Virus record (IMG/VR): IMGVR_UViG_3300043427_001796
Reading direction: 5' to 3' (one strand)
DNA length: 64,000 nt
Source: a virus
Shown here: one piece after another, positions 29,102-37,143 of the stretch
Layout of the letters: every line of letters begins with the position of its first letter
Numbering within the stretch: the first letter of the stretch is position 1
The notes under the pieces: model-generated
The model's input: the letters and a program-made list of their open reading frames with translations, nothing else
Database searches by the model: none
What the model was told of the DNA's origin: nothing
Made by a program: the position numbers and the translations under genes

Positions 29102-31444
29102 ATGGTCTTCCACTACACTGCTGGTCACGGCAAGCAAGGCACCCTAACTCTGGTTCCTTCCATGTCTATGCTCAAGTCTGAATATATTTGTGTTGCTCAG
29201 GTTGGTGACAACATGATGGTTGTTTCTAATCCTCGCCCTCTTGATGAAGCACTCAACTGGGCACAAAACTACTGCGGTTCTTTCTGCCTGATCTGAAAAT
29301 GGTATTCCTCATCTCTGAAGTTAACGGTTGCACTTACACTCTGGATGCTAACAATCAGCGTGTGCTGATGTATGCTCCACTGCTGTCTGATGGTTCATAC
29401 GAAACTGCTGGTTCTGCTTATGATTATGTGGAGTGGGATTGTCTAGATGAAGATGTCTTGATGGAGGCAGATCGTTGTCACAAACTCTTGCTTGCTGAAG
29501 TATGAACTACCTGTGTTTGATTGATGGTGTTGTTGAGTTTGGCAGCACCAGTTTACATGAGTTTGCTCGTTACTTTGTCATGTATGATGAAGAAGTAAGA
29601 CAGGCAGAAGAGAATAATACATTAGAGATTCTCAATCTCACTGATGAAGAGCTTGCCGCTATGTTTCCTGTAGAGGATGAAGAAGAATGAAACATGTGAA
29701 GTTTGTATCAGTCACCCGTGTGATTGATCCTAAGACACGCATACACTATCTGGATGCTATTGATGTAGATGGCATTCACTGGACAGCAGAGATGGATCAT
29801 CTACAAGAGCCATGGTTGTGCTATAATGAGATGTGGCGTCAAGATCCCCAACAACCAAAGAATTATGACTGACACTAAAATTCTACTTCAACGAATTTCT
29901 ACGGCAATCTCTACTGCTCCACAAGGAGAAACTTATGAGGATTGTCGTAATAATGAGGCAAAGGCAGCACTTTTGGAGATTACTGATTGGTTAGAACAAG
30001 TTAATGATGGTGATTTTGATTTTATCCTTTGGAGATTGAAAGAGGAATTAAAATGACTGAATTTCAACCAAAACCACAAACACCAGATGAAGTAGATGCT
30101 GGTCTCCGTGATGCTATGAAACAAGCAAAACTAGAGGGTGTATTCAAAATACCAGATGATCCCTATAGTAAAATCAATTTTCCAAAGCATTCCAAATGGA
30201 CATGCTATATGTTTGGCAATCGTCCTGGTGCTAATTATGGTATTGCTTATACACCACAAGAAGGAAGAGTTCCTAATCGTTTTGTGAGGTGGATGATGTA
30301 TCTGTGTTTTGATTGTATGTGGGTGAAGAAATGAAACTGAATGCTGGTGATTTGATGGTCATTGTGGACACTCTCAATCATAGTTTGAAAGTTATGAACT
30401 ATGAAGGATTCACAGACGCAACGAGAGAGCGTGTGAGAGATCATGTGCTGAATATGATGAGTCAAATTGAGGTTGAAGTTGTGTGTGGTAATGTAGAGCC
30501 TGTTGTGATTAGTGGTGATGTTGGAGGTTGACCATGACTAAGCAACCTAAAAAAATTCAAGTCAAAGAAACTCAACGATACTGGGGGGACTTTGATGGTA
30601 CTCTTAAGAGTATTATTTCTTCACTTCAAGCAGAATTAGATGCTGGTTGGGAAGGTATAGAGATTGATTATGAACGAGGTTATGGTGATTGTCACGACCA
30701 CGAAGTTCCTTATCTCTACAAGCATCGTGAAGAAACCGACAAAGAGTATGAGAAACGGATGAAGCAACTGGAGAAAGAAAAAGCAGAGAAAGCAAAGGCA
30801 AAGGAACAAAAACTTAAGCAACTCAAGAAAGACCTTGCTTCCTTGACTGATGAAGAAAAAGAACTTCTGGGGTTAAAATGACTAAACTCTATGATAAGAT
30901 ATGGAAGATTGTGGGCACCAGAGTAGGATATGGTATTGAGTGTGATGTGGTTACAGATCAACTCATTGATGCTGTAGATGAATGGTTGCCTCAGGAACAT
31001 GATACAAACTCCTATAAATGGAATCAATGCGTAAACACAATGAGAGGTAACTTACGATGAACATGACAATGGATCAACTCTTTGAGTATGTGACCAAGAC
31101 GATTGCTTCACCACATACTTCTATCACTGAACATGATAAACGTCGTGCGGCGCTCATCTTTACATACTTTGATGAGTATATGATTGATGTTGATGCTGCT
31201 GCTGGACGTTGTGATGTAGGTGATGAACTTGACTTTAGTTCTTATGCTACACAAGTGATTGATGAATTAGAAGGTAAGACCAATGAATCGTAATCAGTAT
31301 CTAGCACAAGAACTACGCTATCACGCACAGAATAATGAAATGATTGATCAATGGTATACTGAATTTGGTGCTCTATGTAATGAGATAGCAGATGTCCTAG
31401 ATCAATTACCAGTATCAGTGGACAGCTCAGATACTGGCACATGA
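29102..31444 (+). other. run of small overlapping hypothetical ORFs (29102-29296, 29299-29505, 29502-29690, 29687-29872, 29865-30056, 30053-30334, 30331-30531, 30534-30881, 30878-31060, 31057-31293, 31283-31444)
   Basis: ATGA-coupled ORFs, several with SD motifs; no recognisable domains. Confidence 0.7.
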
Positions 31445-31477
31445 CCTGTTGCGAATCACCGCACACCATGCCATAAT
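31418..31477 (+). promoter_or_regulatory. early promoter cassette 7
   Basis: GTGGACAG-N8-CTGGCAC; TTGCGA-17-CATAAT. Confidence 0.85.
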
Positions 31478-31501
31478 ACATTCATACAAACGAACGAGAC
31501 C

Positions 31502-32604
31502 ATGAGCGACCAAGAGTTTCACATCTTTCAGACAATGGAAGATGGCACGACTGAATTGCTTTATGTCACCTATAGTGAAGAGGGAGCACAAGATGAGGTA
31601 GATCGTATTAACTCTCTTCTTGCCTCTGCTGGTATTCCTTCCTCTGTCTCCTGTGCTTATTACAACTGATATGAAAGTTACCTACATCTTTCTTGCTTTT
31701 ATTGCCATTCTCATGTATAATGTAGCATTGGCAAAGCGTGATCAACAACTCTTTAAAGCATATGATCATGCCTGTCAACAACTCCCACAACCACATCCTG
31801 ATTGCCGTTACGCTAAATGACTATTTTATTCTGGTATTTCGGTGGTATGGTGACAGCATTAGTAGTTAACTATGTGATACATCAACCAAACAAAGAACAA
31901 GAAGATAATCTCTATCGTAACACTCATCACAACTACGACGATTAAATGAATTACATCTACGAATCTCCTGATAAAGGACAGACAATCTATCGTAGACTAC
32001 CTAACTCTACTCATCGTGAATTGCTTCATGATTACCAAGAGTTAGAGGCACTTGCTGCTGAACTTGAGATTACCGTTGACTATTACATTCAGGAATTTAT
32101 CTAATGACTCCAGACACTTACACATTCAGTGGTGATGCTGTTACCTTCCTTGGTCTACTTGGTGTGGTTTCCACGCTTGTTATTGTGGTCACTGCTTTCA
32201 GGCGTTATTTCAACTCTCCTCTTCGTCGTTAAATGAAAGAGGTTAATATCACCCTATCTAAAGAGTTACAAATTGATTTTGATTCGTATCTTGATTGCTG
32301 CTTCTCTTTAGATGTAAAACCTAATATCAATTCATTTCTATACTACACAAACGAATTTGGATGCTATCACTCATTGGGATCTATTTCATCTACCTAGGAC
32401 TTACATATAGGAAACAACCAGATGACACCTAATACATTTACACAAACATCACATCAATCATATGATAGACATAAGTATAAACTTGTTCTATCTAATGGTC
32501 AGGTAGAGGTGTATGAATGGTATGATGAATGCCAAGCACGATGGTTTCAAACACCTAGTCAGTTCCTCTCACATGTAGAGGTGATTGATAGGAAAAAACG
32601 ATAG
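31502..32604 (+). other. run of tiny ORFs (31502-31669, 31671-31820, 31817-31945, 31946-32104, 32104-32232, 32233-32397, 32422-32604)
   Basis: Hand-translated, tightly abutting; several single-TM peptides. Confidence 0.65.
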
Positions 32605-32777
32605 TGATTCGTATTGCTCCGCGTCAGTGATAGCAATGGGTTTCACACCGCAATTTGATGGTGTTTGGTATTATTAATAAATGTTTAAAAAAATATAGGT
32701 AATGTGTTGTATTGTTGACAATTGTGCGGGCCTGTTGGAGTCTTAGCACACCACCTAACAGGATGTCAACCCCCACT

Positions 32778-32835
32778 ATGCCAGTTCTCCAAGTGGCACA
32801 CAGACCTTGACAGGGACTGGGTTTTGCCCTATACT
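32778..32835 (+). promoter_or_regulatory. early promoter cassette 8
   Basis: ATGCCAG-N8-GTGGCAC; TTGACA-17-TATACT. Confidence 0.9.
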
Positions 32836-32962
32836 TAAAAAGTAAGAAATCCAAGAAACTTCAAAATCTCAATTTTTCACTTTTTTAAGATTTTGAGTTT
32901 TTTAAGAATTTAAGATTTCCTATTTATTAAATTTTAATCCTTTTTAGTTTTTTAACAATCAA

Positions 32963-33190
32963 ATGAATCTAAAGATTTCAGATTTTAATAGTTCTGCTAT
33001 TGATTCTGTTTATATTAAAGATAATGTAGTATCTTTGGTATATAATAACAATAAAGATAAAGAATATCAGTATACTAGTAGTAATATCAATCTATTTGTG
33101 ATTGATTTAGTAACTAATATTCTAAATAATGTATCTGTTGGGAAATATATTCACCAACAGCGTTCTAATAACAATCTTCAAGAGATCTGA
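32963..33190 (+). CDS. KTSC-domain-like protein
   Basis: SSAI..V......LVY.....YQY...SVGKY pattern. Confidence 0.6.
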   Translation: MNLKISDFNSSAIDSVYIKDNVVSLVYNNNKDKEYQYTSSNINLFVIDLVTNILNNVSVGKYIHQQRSNNNLQEI

Positions 33191-33203
33191 TTAAACAGCT
33201 ATT

Positions 33204-33371
33204 ATGTCTAACAAGAAATACGATTATCGTCCTAATATTAACAGCAAGTCCAGTTACTATGAAGATGAATTTGAAGATTATGGATACGATGTAAAGAACA
33301 TACGTCGCCAATCCAAGAAGAAAGTTACCAAATTCAAGGACCAAAACGATGATTGGGGTGACAGTTTCTGA
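33204..33371 (+). CDS. small hypothetical protein (55 aa)
   Basis: Hand-translated; stop lies in the spacer of box 9. Confidence 0.65.
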   Translation: MSNKKYDYRPNINSKSSYYEDEFEDYGYDVKNIRRQSKKKVTKFKDQNDDWGDSF

Positions 33372-33414
33372 AGTGTCCACTAATCTCCCCATTCCCCCAG
33401 ATATCGTGTATTGT
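33358..33414 (+). promoter_or_regulatory. early promoter cassette 9
   Basis: GTGACAG-N8-GTGTCCAC-TAATCTCCCC; TATTGT. Confidence 0.8.
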
Positions 33415-33437
33415 ATATGAGTTGTCGGGAATTCACG

Positions 33438-33608
33438 TTGAAAACTATTCGCGTTCAGGTTGAGACTAACGATGGTTGCACTACCATTTGGTATGAAAAG
33501 TCCAAATTAAAGAATCCCACTGAATCTATCTGCAAGCGTGTTAACGAACAGCTGCAGGGTTTGAATATTAAACGTGTGGAAGTCTCGCTGTCACCTGCTA
33601 CCGTGTGA
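33438..33608 (+). CDS. small hypothetical protein
   Basis: Probable TTG start; IRVQVETNDGCTTIWYE. Confidence 0.65.
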   Translation: MKTIRVQVETNDGCTTIWYEKSKLKNPTESICKRVNEQLQGLNIKRVEVSLSPATV

Positions 33609-33662
33609 CAGTCAGACAAGTGGCACAAACCGCTTGACTTTCTCCCCGATCCGGTCCATACT
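33605..33662 (+). promoter_or_regulatory. early promoter cassette 10
   Basis: GTGACAG-N8-GTGGCAC; TTGACT-17-CATACT. Confidence 0.9.
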
Positions 33663-33687
33663 GTATACATCAAACAAATTTCAGCAA

Positions 33688-34002
33688 ATGCGTAAGATTG
33701 AACGTCTGATGAATGCCGCTATCACTGCTGGCAAAGATTTTCGCTCTGCTAACACTAACGTTGTGATGGCAGATGATATCGCTGTCGTGCTCCTGCATGG
33801 TAACAAGATTGCCGAGATTGGTGAGAATTTCATCACTTTGTTTGATGGCGGTTGGCAATCTAACACTACCAAATCTCGCCTGAATGCTATTCTTTCTGAG
33901 CATGGTCTGCCTGGTGAGCGAGTCTTTCAACGTAAGTTTGAATGGTTCGTGAGTCAGGAAGGGGGTGAGATTCCTTTCTTCTCTGGTATGCGTCTCAACT
34001 GA
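33688..34002 (+). CDS. conserved early cyanophage protein (MRKIE...LHGNKIA...TTKSRLNA)
   Basis: ATG after cassette 10. Confidence 0.85.
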   Translation: MRKIERLMNAAITAGKDFRSANTNVVMADDIAVVLLHGNKIAEIGENFITLFDGGWQSNTTKSRLNAILSEHGLPGERVFQRKFEWFVSQEGGEIPFFSGMRLN

Positions 34003-34019
34003 ATCTGAGGAGTTAACTA

Positions 34020-34124
34020 ATGACAATTCAGGAAATGTATGATGAATTGAATGAACAAACTGATGATCCAGAATATTATGATGATCCACAAGATGTGGAC
34101 ATAGACTACACTACTCAAGACTGA
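34020..34124 (+). CDS. tiny acidic peptide (34 aa)
   Basis: SD GAGGAG; hand-translated. Confidence 0.6.
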   Translation: MTIQEMYDELNEQTDDPEYYDDPQDVDIDYTTQD

Positions 34125-34151
34125 TTCTTTACACTTTACCATTTTTTGATT

Positions 34152-34343
34152 ATGAACACCAAACTGATGATCTCTGCTCTGCGTCAAGGTAAGACTGGCG
34201 AGCAAATCCTTTCTATTCTTGATGCTATCACCAGCGACGTTAATGATGCTCAACCTGTGGATGGATTTGTTACTCTCCCCAGTGTGAATGTCACCCTACC
34301 TGTAGTGAATGGGCAACCTACTCTAGAAGAGATCGTATTCTGA
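34152..34343 (+). CDS. hypothetical protein
   Basis: ORF track. Confidence 0.7.
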   Translation: MNTKLMISALRQGKTGEQILSILDAITSDVNDAQPVDGFVTLPSVNVTLPVVNGQPTLEEIVF

Positions 34344-34350
34344 TCATATT

Positions 34351-34408
34351 GTGCCAGTTGGGAGAGTGTCCACCATTCTCCCTGCTGCCCCTGATTTGAT
34401 GCCATACT
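34351..34408 (+). promoter_or_regulatory. early promoter cassette 11
   Basis: GTGCCAG-N8-GTGTCCAC-CATTCTCCC; CATACT. Confidence 0.88.
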
Positions 34409-34436
34409 ACCTTTGTTGAAACGAAACGAACACATT

Positions 34437-34889
34437 ATGTGGGATGAGATTCAAGACATGCCCGGCGAAATCTTTGACATGAGCGATGAGGATCGTGAAG
34501 AGTTTGCCAGGGTTTGTATGATGAATGAGGAAGAATACATGATGTACATGAACCCTGAACAATTCAACTTTGCTGCCTGAAATCATGCCTGCTACGCTTA
34601 ACTTTGTTGGTGATAGTGTAACCTACCTGGGTTTGGTAGGTGTCACCAGCACCCTGATTATCATGGTTTCAGTCTTTCGTTCCTATTACAACTCTCCCCT
34701 GATCAAATGATGACTAACCGCCAAGATCTTCAAGACGCCTACATCAACAACGTGATTGATGGTATGGACATGAAAGATTGTCTTGCTATGTTGTTTGATT
34801 ATATGGACAATGATATGGATTCTTATACTGAAGAGGAGCTAATTGCTGAGGTTACAGAATACTATCCCGAACTGCTAGAGGGAGTGTGA
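34437..34889 (+). other. three tiny ORFs (34437-34580 acidic, 34585-34710 TM peptide, 34707-34889 acidic)
   Basis: Hand-translated plus ORF track. Confidence 0.7.
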
Positions 34890-34943
34890 CAGTGGGCAAG
34901 GTGTCCACCATTCTCCCCATTGTCCCCTCTGGGGTGCCATACT
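34886..34943 (+). promoter_or_regulatory. early promoter cassette 12
   Basis: GTGACAG-N8-GTGTCCAC-CATTCTCCCC; CATACT. Confidence 0.88.
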
Positions 34944-34970
34944 AGTATCAACAAACGAAACGAGGTGATT

Positions 34971-35153
34971 TTGAAAGTCTACGCTGTGATCGGTGGTTGG
35001 GATTATGAAGGCGAGCACTTCGATTCCCTGCGCCTGTATGATTGTAAGTCTGCTGCCGAAGCATACTATCAACGCCTGACGGATGTTGACGGTTACGATT
35101 ATGCTACGATGGAAGTCAAAGAGATCCGAATGGAATCTCTGATCTGCGCCTGA
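34971..35153 (+). CDS. hypothetical protein (VYAVIGGWDYEGE)
   Basis: TTG start after GAGGTG. Confidence 0.75.
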   Translation: MKVYAVIGGWDYEGEHFDSLRLYDCKSAAEAYYQRLTDVDGYDYATMEVKEIRMESLICA

Positions 35154-35174
35154 TTCACACTTAACCAACAAACA

Positions 35175-35333
35175 ATGAGCAACATCTACACTCGCCAGAT
35201 TGCCCAGCAGGGTAAGGAACCTAGCAAGATGCCTGCCCCTAAGGCTACCTATCCTCGGACGATTGGTGCCCGGACCTTCTACACTGAGGCAGACTATAAA
35301 GAGGCATTGGCAGACTATCTCAACGGCATGTGA
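35175..35333 (+). CDS. small hypothetical protein (52 aa)
   Basis: Hand-translated; stop inside box 13. Confidence 0.7.
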   Translation: MSNIYTRQIAQQGKEPSKMPAPKATYPRTIGARTFYTEADYKEALADYLNGM

Positions 35334-35387
35334 CAGTCAGACAGGTGGCACACATCGCTTGACTCTGCCACCGATCTGATCCATACT
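35330..35387 (+). promoter_or_regulatory. early promoter cassette 13
   Basis: GTGACAG-N8-GTGGCAC; TTGACT-17-CATACT. Confidence 0.9.
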
Positions 35388-35484
35388 AGGTTTCACAAGG
35401 GGAGACGCGAGGGCAGCAATGCCTCAGACCCCTTCCACACTGTAGGGGGGATCGGTGCCCCAACCCAATCCAATTCTTTACATC

Positions 35485-35922
35485 ATGTCCGTCACTTTGA
35501 CCGCTAACTACAAAGAAGTCCTCGCTGCTGATACTGTTAGCAAGATCGAAGAATTGCTCGATGATAGCTATGCTCTGGATGACATGCTGGAGTTTATCGA
35601 CCAGCACAATGAGAGCGATTTCGTAGCATATTATGAAGAATATTGCCGCTGTGGTGAGGCGATTGGTTACGAGGCAGTTGATGCCCTGATCTCTGAGATG
35701 GGCGATGTTAGCTATATCGAAGATTGCGATGAGCGTTATCAGGGACATTACCACAATGAGGCAGAGTTTGCTGAAGAATTCGTCACTGAGATGGGTTATG
35801 ACATCCCCTCTATCATTGTGGTTGATTGGGAGCAAACGTGGGAATCTTCCCTGCGTTATGATTTCACTGCCTGCCGTGATGGTAGCACCTATCGCCCCTG
35901 CCACATCTTCCGGGACCACTGA
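35485..35922 (+). CDS. ArdA-like antirestriction DNA-mimic protein
   Basis: Very acidic; YQG.Y..EAEFAEEF....G..IP....VDWE.....L..D resembles the ArdA C-terminal domain. Confidence 0.7.
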   Translation: MSVTLTANYKEVLAADTVSKIEELLDDSYALDDMLEFIDQHNESDFVAYYEEYCRCGEAIGYEAVDALISEMGDVSYIEDCDERYQGHYHNEAEFAEEFVTEMGYDIPSIIVVDWEQTWESSLRYDFTACRDGSTYRPCHIFRDH

Positions 35923-35971
35923 GCGAAGTGGCACAATGGGGGCACCGCTCTGCCCCCTGACCCTGTAGGAT
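35913..35971 (+). promoter_or_regulatory. early promoter cassette 14 with internal hairpin
   Basis: GGACCAC-N8-GTGGCAC; GGGGGCA/TGCCCCC; TAGGAT. Confidence 0.75.
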
Positions 35972-35992
35972 AAGATCAATTCAAACAAACGC

Positions 35993-36265
35993 ATGAAAGA
36001 CCTCACCCTCAGCACTTACAACGGTTGGGCAACTTACGAAACCTGGAATGCTGCGCTGTGGATTCAGAATGACGATTTTCTCTATAACACTGCTGTGGCA
36101 TGTGTAGAGTTTTGTGGAGAGAATGAGACCCCTTGGGATAAGTTTGTGCGTTGTATGATGGAGGGACAGATTGGGCGTATGCTTGGGCAGACTCGTGACG
36201 GCGTGGCATGGGACAGCGTAGCAATTGATGCCGATGAGATGAACGAACTGCTGGGCGATCTCTGA
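35993..36265 (+). CDS. conserved phage early protein (YNGW..YETWN..LW..ND)
   Basis: Recognisable motif; ORF track. Confidence 0.85.
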   Translation: MKDLTLSTYNGWATYETWNAALWIQNDDFLYNTAVACVEFCGENETPWDKFVRCMMEGQIGRMLGQTRDGVAWDSVAIDADEMNELLGDL

Positions 36266-36290
36266 CCATCTCATGACAAACGAAACGCAA

Positions 36291-36449
36291 ATGATTCGCC
36301 ACTTCAACATTCAAACGTGCCAATGGGAGATGATCCCTGCCCCTATTGAATGTGAGCATGATGATTACATGACGGCAGATGATTATGATGCCCGCCGTTA
36401 TGAACGCGACGGATGGGGTGAGTCTCGCTATGATCGCCAGCGTTACTGA
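36291..36449 (+). CDS. small hypothetical protein
   Basis: Hand-translated; alternative start at 36273. Confidence 0.6.
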   Translation: MIRHFNIQTCQWEMIPAPIECEHDDYMTADDYDARRYERDGWGESRYDRQRY

Positions 36450-36622
36450 TGACGACCAAACAGTTACTCAAACTCGCCAAGATGCAGGGTTGGATAGAGA
36501 AACGCAAGGGCGGATCTCATCTCATCTATACTAAGGGCGACCAACAGATAACTATTCCCTACAGCGTAAAGAATGACTTCACAGGTAAACTCATTGCCAA
36601 ACAACTCACTGCCACTCGCTGA
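36449..36622 (+). CDS. HicA-like mRNA interferase (57 aa)
   Basis: LLKLAKMQGWIEKRKGGSHLIYTKG...ITIP matches the HicA fold with catalytic GSH. Confidence 0.7.
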   Translation: MTTKQLLKLAKMQGWIEKRKGGSHLIYTKGDQQITIPYSVKNDFTGKLIAKQLTATR

Positions 36623-36742
36623 TAGATTAGAGAGAGCATTCTTCATTCAATTTATTAGGTTGATTGATGATGTGCAAGGTAAGCAGAGATTGAAATCTGT
36701 TCGCCCACAGAAACATCAACTGCACTACACTAAATGACACTG

Positions 36743-36769
36743 GGGGCAGTTAATTTGCCCCTTTCGTTT
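36743..36769 (+). terminator. rho-independent terminator ending the early region
   Basis: GGGGCA...TGCCCC followed by TTTCGTTT. Confidence 0.75.
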
Positions 36770-36772
36770 ATA

Positions 36773-37041
36773 TCGGGGGCGGCCGGGCGAAGGGACTCCT
36801 AACCCTACCCTAACCTACAAAAGTATCCAAACGACCAATAAATATCACGAAGGGACTCCAATATAAAAAATTGCCCCCGAAAAAAATTATGAGAAAAACT
36901 CGCGCCAAGACAACTTTTAGAGGAAAACATATTCGTGGAGATTCTCTAAGATCATCAGAGATTCGTCGCCGGAATGAGTTAAGAAGAAAATATGAATTTC
37001 AAAAAATTTCCCGGCAAAAAAATGCTTCTCAAAAGTCGCGC
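36773..37041. repeat. repeat-rich boundary element
   Basis: CGAAGGGACTCC at 36788 and 36848; inverted TCGGGGGC/GCCCCCGA; paired A-tract blocks. Confidence 0.7.
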
Positions 37042-37143
37042 AGAGTTTCAAAGGTCAAAGAAGATCATACAATCATTGGTATGATCATCTTAGGCATTTG
37101 TTATGTGATTGCGAAAGTCATTGAGTATATTGCAGTAAAGTAA
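36889..37143 (+). CDS. basic protein with C-terminal TM helix
   Basis: ORF; stop abuts the next ATG. Confidence 0.55.
   Translation: MRKTRAKTTFRGKHIRGDSLRSSEIRRRNELRRKYEFQKISRQKNASQKSRRVSKVKEDHTIIGMIILGICYVIAKVIEYIAVK

Noticed and set aside
32624-32854. 76-aa minus-strand ORF
   Set aside because: Runs across promoter elements, has a weak start and looks non-coding
35394-35484. c-di-GMP riboswitch or hammerhead ribozyme
   Set aside because: Core consensus nucleotides not found; kept only as an unknown structured RNA
16475-35971. Palindromic repeats as a CRISPR array
   Set aside because: Irregular kb-scale spacing, degenerate sequence, genes between copies, fixed link to -10 boxes, no cas genes
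16475-35971. Boxes as lox/dif-like tyrosine recombinase sites (8-bp spacer)
   Set aside because: Spacers differ between copies and no recombinase is in the window; activator binding fits better, though homologous recombination remains possible
35386-36015. 209-aa minus-strand ORF and similar short antisense ORFs throughout the window
   Set aside because: Shadows of well-supported + strand genes
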